A DNA stretch of 64,000 bases from Shigella phage vB_SflM_004, in sequence record MK295205; one strand, written 5' to 3'. A program made the translations under genes and the position numbers. A model generated the notes under the pieces. It had not been told where the DNA came from. It saw nothing but the letters and a program-made list of their open reading frames with translations, and did not search any database. How positions within the stretch are numbered: position 1 is the first letter of the stretch; each line of letters begins with the position of its first letter. Of the stretch, positions 51,921 through 61,708 are shown piece by piece.

Positions 51921-51975
51921 CTCTCTTTGAAGTTGCTGCTAAGTATAAAAAGCAAGTTGCTGCCTAGAAAATATG

Positions 51976-52004
51976 CTTGACAGTAATATCTAGAATTTTG
52001 TATG
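51976..52004 (+). promoter_or_regulatory. sigma70-like promoter
   Basis: TTGACA, 17-nt spacer, TATGAT. Confidence 0.55.
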
Positions 52005-52081
52005 ATGGGAGCTATCGAAAGGTAGTTCCCTTTTTTATTGGAGAGATAAAACCGTCAAAGTTAAAGAGTCAGATAAAGGTT

Positions 52082-52471
52082 ATGCTTACACAAAAGAGTC
52101 CAGCCCAAAGAACTAAGGCATTTGTTACGTATGTGTCTGATAGCGGGGTAGTATACTTTAGACCTGTGAAGAATATGCACTTCAAGTTGTACCCAGATTC
52201 ACCAAATCCCTTAGAAGGTCACTTGTGGGCTGGTAAAATCTATTCAACTGCTGATATTGAAAACTTAACCTTCACAGGAAGCTTCAGAAAGATTCTGGGT
52301 ATTGCCTTGGCAGACACTGGTATCGTTAAAGATGAAGATGCACAGAATACTGAGAAGGTAACTTTTGAGGCAACTCCGACTCTGAAGAAAGAGGCAACTC
52401 CAAAGGTTAGAACGATTGATGTTACTATAGAGGCTCCTACACACAGACTTTCAAACTCACGTTGTAGATAA
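52082..52471 (+). CDS. hypothetical protein
   Basis: internal ATG (MLTQKS) downstream of the promoter; track ORF starts inside the promoter. Confidence 0.4.
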   Translation: MLTQKSPAQRTKAFVTYVSDSGVVYFRPVKNMHFKLYPDSPNPLEGHLWAGKIYSTADIENLTFTGSFRKILGIALADTGIVKDEDAQNTEKVTFEATPTLKKEATPKVRTIDVTIEAPTHRLSNSRCR

Positions 52472-52523
52472 TGCTGAGGAGTACTTTAAACAGTTCTGTA
52501 ATCCTAATCCACACCACCATAAC

Positions 52524-52748
52524 TTGATTCCACCACAAAAGAAATTCAACTCAATGTTGACTAGTACTTGTGAAGATGCTAAAAAGAATGTGGAAGAACT
52601 AAAAGAAGCAATCAGTGTCACAGACCATGTGGTTAATAAGAATGACATTGAGTACACAGTAAGAATGATGTTAAAAGCTGGTTTCACACCTTATCAGATT
52701 GCTGAAGAGATTCAAAGGCAATTCTACAACGCAATGGTGAAAGAATGA
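52524..52748 (+). CDS. hypothetical protein
   Basis: 74-aa ORF. Confidence 0.4.
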   Translation: MIPPQKKFNSMLTSTCEDAKKNVEELKEAISVTDHVVNKNDIEYTVRMMLKAGFTPYQIAEEIQRQFYNAMVKE

Positions 52749-52922
52749 AAAGATGTACAGCTTCAGACGAGCTAAGAAGACTAAACAGTGTTATGGCAAA
52801 ATTGCCAGAGGTGATATCTTAGTATGTACTGAAGAATCACTTAAGAACGTTACTCCCAGAGGTAAAGTCCTGCAAAGACTTGTTGACCTTGAGTGGAACA
52901 AAAGATTGAGAGGGATTGAACA

Positions 52923-53309
52923 ATGATTTACGAAGATTCAAGAGACCAGATTTCTTATGAGAAATCAAGACACCATGTATCTTTCAAGATTGTGAAAGCA
53001 AATGGTGAAGAAGGAACTATTTCACACTTCGGAGGTGAAAATTGGTTTGCGCATGATGCTGCAAAGGTTAGCCATGCAAAGTATCTGAAGGCTTTCTACA
53101 GAGACTTCCCTGCTGATTACAACGAGCTTATCAATCTGGAAAATAAATGTAGAAGTGCTGAGCATAATACAAGAGGGTGGGCAGGGATAGCAATCATGTT
53201 ATCTGTATTCCTTGCTATGATTTGTGTAATCTCCTTCGGTGGCATGTACATGCAGGATTTAACGTTTAATCAAGCTCAACCGAAACTTGATGGTGTCCGA
53301 TTCCAATAG
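52923..53309 (+). CDS. hypothetical membrane protein
   Basis: 128 aa with C-terminal transmembrane segment GWAGIAIMLSVFLAMICVISFGGMYM. Confidence 0.45.
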   Translation: MIYEDSRDQISYEKSRHHVSFKIVKANGEEGTISHFGGENWFAHDAAKVSHAKYLKAFYRDFPADYNELINLENKCRSAEHNTRGWAGIAIMLSVFLAMICVISFGGMYMQDLTFNQAQPKLDGVRFQ

Positions 53310-53491
53310 TTGGTATCAGCCTCTCGTGTTGGAGAATGACGACTTACAAGAAGAGAATTGTAGGATTTCAAGGCAATTTTGAAGAGGTCAGTAGAGAATG
53401 CAACCTTGAGTATTGGCAGTGTATTTACAGCATATTCTCGTGAAAATACTAACAAGGCAATCTTAAAAGATGCCTATGGAGAAACTAAGTA

Positions 53492-53722
53492 ATGATTAGA
53501 ACACCTGTCAAGCCTTTTGGCTTTAACACTCTGGAAGAGTTTACAAAATCCCTACTGAAAGGCTTCTACAACGAACAGCCAGTAACAGTGATTAAGTCTG
53601 ACTTGTCAGAACTTCTTGATATGGTTATCAAGGCAACTTCTGAGAAGGAACCTGAGCAGGAACCTAAGAAGAAAGATAAAAAGGCTTCTTCAAAGAAAGA
53701 TAAAGAATCTGTTGAAGAGTAA
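53492..53722 (+). CDS. hypothetical protein
   Basis: 76 aa, Lys/Glu-rich tail. Confidence 0.4.
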   Translation: MIRTPVKPFGFNTLEEFTKSLLKGFYNEQPVTVIKSDLSELLDMVIKATSEKEPEQEPKKKDKKASSKKDKESVEE

Positions 53723-53765
53723 TCTGTCAAGGGGTGTAAAAGCCCCTGTTTAGAGGTAGCGAAAA

Positions 53766-54209
53766 ATGGAACTAAAGAAATTTGAAATTGTGTCTCTTGT
53801 CAATTATACAACAAGAGAACGTGTAGCCCTAGGTACAGTCAGAGAGATTGACCACAGCCGTTACCCATTTTCAATAGAACTTGCTAATGATTTCAAAATT
53901 GGAGAGGGTGATGATGAAATGTCCTTTAAGTGTGGAGAGATTATCACTTTTGATAATGACCTTCTCTACAGAGGTATAGCACATGCTGACCACAAAGGTT
54001 TTGATATCCAGATTGCAATGTTTGATGAGAAAGATGTAAGTGGGGTTTGCACATATAGTATCCTTCAAGAAGATATTGCTAAAGAAATCTTAGAAATGTC
54101 TGTTAAGATTGATAATGCACTGGAGCCGTTGCTTCCATACTTAAAATCTGGTAAGTTATCTAGACAAGCACTTTTGAATATCATTGATATAAAAATTTCT
54201 AAAGGTTGA
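53766..54209 (+). CDS. hypothetical protein
   Basis: 147-aa ORF. Confidence 0.45.
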   Translation: MELKKFEIVSLVNYTTRERVALGTVREIDHSRYPFSIELANDFKIGEGDDEMSFKCGEIITFDNDLLYRGIAHADHKGFDIQIAMFDEKDVSGVCTYSILQEDIAKEILEMSVKIDNALEPLLPYLKSGKLSRQALLNIIDIKISKG

Positions 54210-54313
54210 CTAATACCTGACATTATGGCAATGTTAAAGGTATCCATCCTCCAAAGGGTGGTTGGAAAGATAACACTTTCTACATCGTTGAAGTTGCTTA
54301 CAAGCCACTTAAC

Positions 54314-54508
54314 ATGATTCATAAAGCAATGTTCTACACAGGGCTCCACAAAGATGTTGATGAATTTGATGGTTACAACTGGCTTATGAATGGTGGTTAT
54401 GAAGAACTTTGCAATATTCAAGAAGCTTATTACTTGAAAGCTATTGCAGAGTTACCTGACGAGTTTCAAATTGAGAGAGATGAGGATTGGAAAGATGAAG
54501 AATGTTAA
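54314..54508 (+). CDS. hypothetical protein
   Basis: 64-aa ORF. Confidence 0.35.
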   Translation: MIHKAMFYTGLHKDVDEFDGYNWLMNGGYEELCNIQEAYYLKAIAELPDEFQIERDEDWKDEEC

Positions 54509-54959
54509 AGAGGTAGTGCGTAAAGCTTTGCTTAACAACGGAACTAAAGATGATATGTACAAAGATATCGTTGCAGAATTTGGTTGTTCAAGACATGCTG
54601 CAAAGGTTCTTCTTCATAGCTTTATCTGGGAGTGTTCAGAAGCTTACATGGTTCATGCAGCTTTTTCAGAATCTCACTTACAAGCCGATAAAGACTTGTT
54701 AGCACCATATGACTTACGTGAACAAGAGCATGAAAGTGCCATTAAAACAAACACTGTGTACATGATTAGAGACACTCATACAGATTTGGTAGTAGCAACT
54801 ATCAAGATTGAGAGGGAAGTTCCTGATTGTGGTTTTGAAGGTGATATTAATAGTGCAGATTTAGACACGGTATTCAGTCGTGGTGGAAGATGGTTGGTAG
54901 GTTATGATGGTTATATCACAGTTGATTACCAACGTTCAAAGTATCAGATTAAAGTGTGA
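54495..54959 (+). CDS. hypothetical protein
   Basis: internal ATG (MKNVKEV) overlapping upstream stop. Confidence 0.4.
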   Translation: MKNVKEVVRKALLNNGTKDDMYKDIVAEFGCSRHAAKVLLHSFIWECSEAYMVHAAFSESHLQADKDLLAPYDLREQEHESAIKTNTVYMIRDTHTDLVVATIKIEREVPDCGFEGDINSADLDTVFSRGGRWLVGYDGYITVDYQRSKYQIKV

Positions 54960-55327
54960 TTATGGGACACCTACTGAAGAAGAGTTGGAAGAACTTAACA
55001 GATATGGTTCCCCATCTGAAGAGGAAGAGAAAGAACTCCGAAGAATGGGAAGCAATTACTAAGAAATGTTTTAAGGATTTGATAGAGATGAAAAAGTTTA
55101 ACTTAAAAGAAGTTGAAGGTAACTACTTAGTACTTGACTGGGGTGATATTCGGGAAGCACTCTCCGAAGAAAATCTTGACTGGTTCGAACAAATTATCGT
55201 TAATCGACTTAAGATGGAACGAGAAGATTCAGGTAAAGAGCCACTTGAAGGTATCTTTGTCAAGAAATCTTATCCGTTCTTTGAAGATACTTTGAAGAGA
55301 GATTTATGCTCATGGGTGGGACTGTAA
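54956..55327 (+). CDS. hypothetical protein
   Basis: 123-aa ORF. Confidence 0.4.
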   Translation: MIMGHLLKKSWKNLTDMVPHLKRKRKNSEEWEAITKKCFKDLIEMKKFNLKEVEGNYLVLDWGDIREALSEENLDWFEQIIVNRLKMEREDSGKEPLEGIFVKKSYPFFEDTLKRDLCSWVGL

Positions 55328-55679
55328 AGAGTTCTCTATGATTTCTCTTGGTGGACAACAAATGCTGGTTATAGAAGATATTGTCTCTAAACCAACAAAG
55401 GTGTTTGTATCAAGGTCACAGGTAAAGAAGAATTTGTTGAATATGACATACTCAGACACATTATAGATGGTTTGGGTGTTGTACAAAAATGAAGACAATT
55501 CTGACAGACACTTGCTCAAGTTTTACGATTCAGGTAAGAGAACGTCATAGTGGGTTCACACACTTCTTCCAGACTTCTAAAACTTCATTGCAAGCCATGC
55601 TTAGTGAATTGATGTAAGACTATACAGCCCCTTAAAATGGATTCGATAGAATCTATCTCATAGGGGCTTTTTATTGAGT

Positions 55680-57300
55680 AAATTTACGAAATTTATAATT
55701 TTTATAAAATTTGGGATTCACTCCGTTCATCTTGGGTCACCATGATATTGGTACGATATCTGTGACAGTACTAAGACATGGCCTGAGCGTAGTCTCTATA
55801 TAGTATTATATAGTATCTATATACTAAACACTCTTCTAACAAGCCCTCTTAACAACCTATACAATCACCTTAATAACCTCTTCCTAGCCCCTTAGAAGCC
55901 CCTATACTCATCTTAATCTCTAGGTAAACGATAGTACCCTATATAGCAGAATCACTAGATATTATTGAGACTTATATAGACTGTTATATAGCACTAAACA
56001 GGTATTCCCTGTAAAGGCTTATCCTACAAGGTCTAACACGGTACTAACAAGGTCTCTTATAAGCCTGTTAATTCCTGTTTTATATAAGATAGTGTATAGA
56101 TAGTTATTCAGAATTATAAAATTTTTATAAAATAGACTAGGTAGGTCACCATTGAATGACTTTAGAGACGGGAAAAATATCTGTCTAGTTGATTCGGTAG
56201 AATCTACCTCATGATGTATATCTGCTTGGTAGCCCTTAACAGCCCTGTAAAGTTGTTCCTGTTAAGTCTCGAAATATCATTAACAATCTCTTAACAACTC
56301 TTCCAAGTTCGTTCAGAGTTCTTAACAGTCTCTTAACAGAACTAACAAGAGCTTAACAAGTCCTTAACAGTCAATACATAGTCTTTACAGAGGCTTAACA
56401 GATGACTAACAAGTTGCTAAATAGTAAATTCTTGGGAAGAGTTTGATGAAGCTCATGATAAGTGGGTTAACAAGTTCTAAACCTTTTTAACAAGCTATTA
56501 ACATGGTCACTATCTCTTGGTCTATAGTTCCCTTCCCTTCTTAGTGATTCTCTATAAAGCCCTCTTAAAAGCTCTCTGTAGCTCTGTATAGCCTCTTCTA
56601 AGATTCTCCCTAGTAACTACACCCCAACTACCTGTATAGCTCTTTATAGGGCTTTCTAGAGGCTAAGTTTGAAGGTGCAATGTACCGTTCAATCTCTGAA
56701 GAATCTTTCTACGAGGATTTAACAAGGGGCTAACAAGTCTCTAATAAGCATAACTATGTTGTCACCGTTCATACTTCTTGATTAAACACAAGAAGATGCA
56801 CACTTTTACGTTACTTTTAAGCATCTTTTACGTTACTTTTAAGCTCTTTTTAGACTCCATAGAAGAGTTTAAAGTGACTATCAAGCCCCTGTTTAACCAT
56901 TCACAAGATTCTATCCAGCTTATAAGCTTATACCCTTATAAGATTCTTTTAAGGCTCTAGAAAGCTCTATAAAGGGCTTTTAAGAGTAGGTTAATATGAT
57001 TGCTTAAGATGAGATGATAAGCCCGTATAGAGCGTTATAGAGCGTTTTAGAGATTGCCCTTCCCTTTCGGGTTATGGGCTTATATTTAAGTTGATTTGAT
57101 AAGAGGATATAGAGTAAGCTATAGAGTTATTGTTCTAAATGTATGAGATAGGTTCTATCAAGGTAACTCATTACCTGAATCACTATCGAATCAATGGTAT
57201 GAGTCTAACTTGTTAGATGAATCGTTCAAGATTCTAGGAAGGGTTTAGATAGACGTTAAAAAGCCCCATCTAAGGGGCTGTAAAGGTGTCAAGACCGATA
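55680..57300. repeat. 1.6-kb non-coding region dense in short repeated words
   Basis: no ORF of 60 codons or more on either strand for ~1.2 kb; more than 15 copies of CTTAACA(A/G)-type words, clusters of TATATAG/TATAAAG, 20-bp direct repeat ttacgttacttttaagc x2, paired aatttataatttttataaaat motifs about 420 bp apart. Confidence 0.7.
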
Positions 57301-57318
57301 AGCCGTTGCGGCGACTTG

Positions 57319-57570
57319 TTAGTTATTGAAGCCGTCAACTTCATAGTAAAGCGTGATAAGAGAATCACCCCAATAGTAAGAGGATTTGCCATCCTTTAAG
57401 ACTTCTTGTTTTACTTCTTTCCAGAACCACTCAGATTGATTGTGGTCATGGCAAGTTCGTTGTAGAGACATATCAACCATGCCAAAAACATCGCCAGTTC
57501 CAACCATATCAAATTTAACATCTAATACATGGAAGCCAAAATTGTTAACAGTTGCGTGGATAGTAGCCAT
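57319..57570 (-). CDS. hypothetical small protein
   Basis: 83 aa; preceded by conserved leader element. Confidence 0.45.
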   Translation of the reverse strand: MATIHATVNNFGFHVLDVKFDMVGTGDVFGMVDMSLQRTCHDHNQSEWFWKEVKQEVLKDGKSSYYWGDSLITLYYEVDGFNN

Positions 57571-57640
57571 TTTCAGATTCTCCAGTTTAGGATTGTTTAG
57601 GTTCTAAATAGTAGGGGCTTTTACACCCCTTGTCAACACT
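57571..57640 (-). promoter_or_regulatory. conserved leader element (SD-containing), copy 1
   Basis: minus-strand ...AACAATCCTAAACTGGAGAATCTGAAAATG. Confidence 0.55.
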
Positions 57641-57936
57641 TATTAGATAACTTTCTTATAAGAGTTACCAGATAAGATATAGTTAGTAACTGAGTGATTT
57701 AGTAAGTCTACACCAGTGATAACTACCGTTTCTTCATTTTTTCTTTCTTCGTGCTCTTTTTTCATCTCTTCCTAACGTCTAGCACCAAATTTACTAATCA
57801 TACGCTGTTCAAAATTCATCTTTCTAGTCTCCAGTTTAGGAATTTAGGTTAGTGGGGAAGTCTCCCTCCCCGTTGAAAGTAATATTAATTCATTGCGGCG
57901 TATGTTGCAAGTCTTTTGTAGATGTCTCATGGAAGA

Positions 57937-58149
57937 CTACTCATGAGAAGAAACAGTATACTTTACAATTGCTTCAGATTTAGTTAGACCAAAATGGCTT
58001 ACGATTTCACCATTCATGAATCCAACTACCTCATAAGATTCTGCGATGATTTCCCCGTTAAACCAGTCACTTTCTATACGTTTGCAAAGTTGGATATCTT
58101 CTTTGTCAGTACCAATCTGTAACAGGATAGTGATTTCTGCGTTATTCAT
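57937..58149 (-). CDS. hypothetical small protein
   Basis: 70 aa. Confidence 0.45.
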   Translation of the reverse strand: MNNAEITILLQIGTDKEDIQLCKRIESDWFNGEIIAESYEVVGFMNGEIVSHFGLTKSEAIVKYTVSSHE

Positions 58150-58214
58150 TTCATAACTCCAGTTTAGGACTTTATTTAGTGGGGAAGGTTATTCCCTCCC
58201 CGTTGATGAGTACT
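58150..58214 (-). promoter_or_regulatory. conserved promoter/leader element, copy
   Basis: minus strand: TTGACG, 17 nt, TAAAGT, then hairpin CGGGGAGGGA..TCCCC, then CCTAAACTGGAG SD region and ATG. Confidence 0.55.
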
Positions 58215-58742
58215 TTATAGAGTTCTGATGATTTCGTCAAGCTCTTTTTCCATATCTTTTACAGATTTTTCGTGTAGTTTAATCATATCATTCAATGCTT
58301 GCCCTAACTGTAAGTTAAAATCACTGTCTTTTGTCTCGCTTAGATAGATGTTTTCTACGTCGTAAAGCTTGCAAGGGTGGCAACCTGTACCCATCGCCAT
58401 AATCCCATGTGCCAACGGCATGATATACATGTTATGGGACTTGATAGAGCGCTCATAAGCCATTTTAAAGCGGTTTAACTCTTCTTTTGATGATTTGATG
58501 CAATGTTCACAAAGTTCTGCGACTAGTGCCATAAAATCAGGGAGGATTGTTGCAACAGCTTGCATAAAGTTTTCTGCTGTTACTACCTTAACGTTTTGGC
58601 GATGTACATAATACTTTTTATCTTGTCCCTTAGTGACAACAGCAAACAATTTATCGTTGCAACGAAATTCGAAAGTGTCTTTTACAGGTTTAGTCATTAC
58701 AGCATTAGAGCGGATATGGTTGATTGCTTGAAACTTATTCAT
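58215..58742 (-). CDS. hypothetical protein
   Basis: 175-aa ORF. Confidence 0.45.
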   Translation of the reverse strand: MNKFQAINHIRSNAVMTKPVKDTFEFRCNDKLFAVVTKGQDKKYYVHRQNVKVVTAENFMQAVATILPDFMALVAELCEHCIKSSKEELNRFKMAYERSIKSHNMYIMPLAHGIMAMGTGCHPCKLYDVENIYLSETKDSDFNLQLGQALNDMIKLHEKSVKDMEKELDEIIRTL

Positions 58743-58807
58743 TTTAGATTCTCCAGTTTAGGAATTTTGTTTTAGTGGGGAAGTCTCCCTCCCCGTTGAT
58801 GAATACT
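58743..58807 (-). promoter_or_regulatory. conserved promoter/leader element, copy
   Basis: minus strand: TTGCAA, 17 nt, TAAAGT, hairpin GGGGAGGGAGACTTCCCC, CCTAAACTGGAGAATCTAAAATG. Confidence 0.55.
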
Positions 58808-58948
58808 TTACTTGTTTTGATTCTGTATTGCAAGTAGTTTTTTATCAAAAAGTTTATCTGAGATTTCACCAATGGTGAGCATTGCTAATGGCAACACAAC
58901 AGAAACAATCATACCGCAAAGGATAGGGTTTTTAATGATATCTAACAT
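58808..58948 (-). CDS. small hydrophobic protein (below track cut-off)
   Basis: 46 codons MLDIIKNPILCGMIVSVVLPLAML...; ATG immediately follows the conserved leader. Confidence 0.35.
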   Translation of the reverse strand: MLDIIKNPILCGMIVSVVLPLAMLTIGEISDKLFDKKLLAIQNQNK

Positions 58949-59144
58949 TTAGTGATTCTCCAGTTTAGGAAGTTGCCTTTTGAAGATACTATATAGAATT
59001 GCTTAGTGTCTTGCAAGTACTTTTTTCGCTTATCTATAAAGAATCTTTTAAGTGAATCCCTTTTAGATAAACCCCCTCGAACAAATCTATCAATGTCAAG
59101 GGGTATTGTCAACAGTTTTTTCAAAGATTTTTGTAAGTCATTGA

Positions 59145-59486
59145 TTAGCTTATAAAGATTTTTTCTGGCTTAACGTAGGTTAATGCTTGTTTTTTAAGCA
59201 AATCAGACCAAATCAAAGCGGCAATGTGACTATAGCCCTTTTCTCTTAGTTCCCGCATAGCTTCTTTGCGAGTCTCAAAACGTGTAGCATAGTGTTCAGT
59301 GTTAAGGGTAGTTTTGTTGCCGTCATTGTCAACATGTACAACCTGCATTACTTGGAAAGGGCTTACATCTTCCCCCCTGTTCCATTGCTCAAAGTATTTG
59401 AGGCACTGCATAGGTGTCATTTTGTCGCTAACCTGAGTAGACCAAGACGAATTTTCTTTATCGGTGATAATTGTTACATAGGCCAT
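59145..59486 (-). CDS. hypothetical protein
   Basis: 113 aa. Confidence 0.45.
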   Translation of the reverse strand: MAYVTIITDKENSSWSTQVSDKMTPMQCLKYFEQWNRGEDVSPFQVMQVVHVDNDGNKTTLNTEHYATRFETRKEAMRELREKGYSHIAALIWSDLLKKQALTYVKPEKIFIS

Positions 59487-59571
59487 TTTCAGATTCTCCA
59501 GTTTAGGATTGTTGGTAAAGCTCTTTATCTGGGGCTTAAGATACTAGCTTTTAAACCCCATGTAAAGCACT
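59487..59571 (-). promoter_or_regulatory. conserved leader element, copy
   Basis: CCAACAATCCTAAACTGGAGAATCTGAAAATG with upstream hairpin GGGGTTT..AAGCCCC. Confidence 0.5.
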
Positions 59572-59769
59572 TTAATAAATTCTATCCATCAGATTATTCA
59601 CGGCCATAATTGCATTATCTTTGAAGTGTGGATGACTGCTATTCTGTGAGAATAGTATTTCTCCATTGTATACTATTTTTAGGTCTATCTTTGAACCTTC
59701 CATGTTAAGGTTACACTCTACACCTTTTAAACACCACAAGGTAGAAAGTTTTTGCATCAGTGATAACAT
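59572..59769 (-). CDS. hypothetical small protein
   Basis: 65 aa. Confidence 0.4.
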   Translation of the reverse strand: MLSLMQKLSTLWCLKGVECNLNMEGSKIDLKIVYNGEILFSQNSSHPHFKDNAIMAVNNLMDRIY

Positions 59770-59860
59770 TTTAGATTCTCCAGTTTAGGATTGTTGGTAA
59801 AGCTCTTTATCTGGGGCTTATCTTATCTAACTATAAACCCCATGTAAAGTACTTTATTAG
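59770..59860 (-). promoter_or_regulatory. conserved leader element, copy
   Basis: near-identical to the 59487-59571 copy. Confidence 0.5.
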
Positions 59861-60397
59861 TTATTTGTAGTAATAATATGTAAACTCATTTATCAGGCTT
59901 CCATCCTCATCATTATACTGCTTATGACTAGCCAGATAACCGCCATTAGCTAGAATTTCATCAATCAACTTTTTAGCGTCATCGTTGGGAATCCTAACAG
60001 GTTTACTAAACGGCTGTAAATAGGTACGACGAACATTTGAGAATTTAAAATCAATGGTTTTTACGTTAAGAACTTGCAACATTTTTTGAATCTCCAGTTT
60101 AGGATTGTTGGGATGTTTCCCGTTGATGAATACTTTACTTTCTTGCGCAGTCTTCAAGTGATTCTGGAAAACACCATAATCATGAGTCCTTTTATTTTCT
60201 AACATGACACCTAATTGTGACTCTTGTAAGGCTATAGCTGCTAAAGGGATTCCCCAACCTTTTCCCATCTGTCCTTCGCCATAGTTATATGCTTTTAACA
60301 TATTTACTTTCTGACTGATTGTAAGTTCTGGACAGTCAGATGCTGTAGCTAAATGTGCTGTAAAGAATAAGCACAAACCTAAAACAAATTTCTTCAT
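59861..60397 (-). CDS. secreted protein with lytic transglycosylase-like motif
   Basis: signal peptide MKKFVLGLCLFFTAHLATA; AIALQES...GVFQ resembles SLT-domain catalytic motif; a copy of the conserved leader lies in frame inside the ORF at about 60083-60130. Confidence 0.45.
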   Translation of the reverse strand: MKKFVLGLCLFFTAHLATASDCPELTISQKVNMLKAYNYGEGQMGKGWGIPLAAIALQESQLGVMLENKRTHDYGVFQNHLKTAQESKVFINGKHPNNPKLEIQKMLQVLNVKTIDFKFSNVRRTYLQPFSKPVRIPNDDAKKLIDEILANGGYLASHKQYNDEDGSLINEFTYYYYK

Positions 60398-60458
60398 TTG
60401 CACTCCTATTTTGTTAAACATGCAGACAATTATACATCATCCTGCACATTTTTCAAAT

Positions 60459-60481
60459 AAAAAAGGCTGCCGAAGCAGCCC
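60459..60481 (-). terminator. rho-independent terminator after rIIB
   Basis: minus-strand hairpin GGGCTGC-TTCG-GCAGCC followed by TTTTTT. Confidence 0.65.
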
Positions 60482-60497
60482 TTTAGGAATTTACTTA

Positions 60498-61619
60498 TTA
60501 TACTTCACGTTTACGCTGAGAAATCAGTTCACCAGCAGTCCCTACAACTACATGAAGTGCTTCTGAACCATCCCACTCTTTGATGACTTCACGGCGACTA
60601 TTCACAATCGCTGCAACTTCATAACGTGAAGCTCGCATTTTCATATCGTTGTAGTCAGTTGGTACTGAAACAACATCACGAGGATGAACACGAACTTTCA
60701 GGATAGTGTCACCAGAGAAGCTAGTTACATAGTCCCAAGCCCCAACATGCAGACCCTGAGAGCATGTTACATGACGGTTATTATCAACCATCCAACGTGG
60801 CATCTCAACAATGTTACCCAAATCGTTTGGAACTTTGCAGGTACGAGAGTCAAACAGTTTATCACTACGAGTTGTGACTTTCTTCCAACCGATGATATAA
60901 CCTTCTTCATCAATTTCAACATCAAGGTGTGATACAAAGCCCCAAAGCTGTTCTACAGAGTCTTTTGATGGGTTTTCCATCAGTTTTTCGAAGAATGCAA
61001 TCAGACGGGTAAAGCCTTCATCACCTTTCTTCATCATGTCCAGAATACGGTCTACCAGAGTTGAACGCATTTGAACAGCACCGTAGTACAGGTTATCACC
61101 TTTAATGGTCACAGCACCCTGAGTAAAGTTCTCAATGGATTTGCGAATATTCATCAGTTCAAAGGCTTTCTTGTACTCACCTGATACAACAGCCATAACA
61201 ATTTCAGTGTAGTTAGGGTGAGTTGATTCAACAATCTCTGACTCTGCACCGAAAGTCATGATAACCGAGTCACCAGTAATCATGTATTCAATCTGACTAT
61301 TATTCTGCATTGCTTCGTGCAGAGCATTTACAGGTTCTGCTTTGACTGCTTCTTTAACAGCTTTTGCAACAGGTTTCTGAGTAGCTACCTTTTTAGTTGC
61401 TTTAGCTTTCTTAGCACCCTTTGCAATATCTTTCAAAGTCTTCGCAGGTTTTGCTTTGGTTTTCCCTGTCAGTAAAGTTGCTTCATGACGCTCTACAGCA
61501 CGACCTACAGAACGAGTTGAAGTATTGTACTTCAGAGCAATTGCAGTTTTGGTAAGTTTACCTTCTTTAACCAGTGCGTAGATTTCTGCGTCGATTTGTG
61601 CTTTAGTCTTAGTAGTCAT
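60498..61619 (-). CDS. rIIB: rIIB-like protein
   Basis: colinear similarity to T4 rIIB as recalled: LVDRILDMMKKGDEGF, PRWMVDNNRHVTCSQGLHV, VRVHPRDVVSVPTDYNDMKMR; Lys/Ala-rich linker after N-terminal domain. Confidence 0.8.
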   Translation of the reverse strand: MTTKTKAQIDAEIYALVKEGKLTKTAIALKYNTSTRSVGRAVERHEATLLTGKTKAKPAKTLKDIAKGAKKAKATKKVATQKPVAKAVKEAVKAEPVNALHEAMQNNSQIEYMITGDSVIMTFGAESEIVESTHPNYTEIVMAVVSGEYKKAFELMNIRKSIENFTQGAVTIKGDNLYYGAVQMRSTLVDRILDMMKKGDEGFTRLIAFFEKLMENPSKDSVEQLWGFVSHLDVEIDEEGYIIGWKKVTTRSDKLFDSRTCKVPNDLGNIVEMPRWMVDNNRHVTCSQGLHVGAWDYVTSFSGDTILKVRVHPRDVVSVPTDYNDMKMRASRYEVAAIVNSRREVIKEWDGSEALHVVVGTAGELISQRKREV

Positions 61620-61662
61620 TTTAATATCTCTCTTTGTTGTTTAAAGTTACTTAGTGGTTCGT

Positions 61663-61691
61663 ATTCTAAGGGGCTTTTCAGCCCCTGTCAA
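61663..61691 (-). promoter_or_regulatory. sigma70-like promoter for rIIB
   Basis: minus strand TTGACA, 17-nt spacer (itself a hairpin GGGGCT-GAAA-AGCCCC), TAGAAT; about 40 nt upstream of rIIB ATG. Confidence 0.55.
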
Positions 61692-61708
61692 ACTCCTTGT
61701 CAAATACT

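Noticed and set aside
57640-57822. Tiny ORFs (15 and 40 codons) separated by an in-frame TAG behind a conserved leader
   Set aside because: Too short and compositionally poor to support as a gene or as a stop-codon read-through case.
58942-59124. 60-aa track ORF
   Set aside because: Lies across the conserved promoter/leader element and intergenic DNA; the real gene is the 46-codon ORF starting at the leader's ATG (58808-58948).
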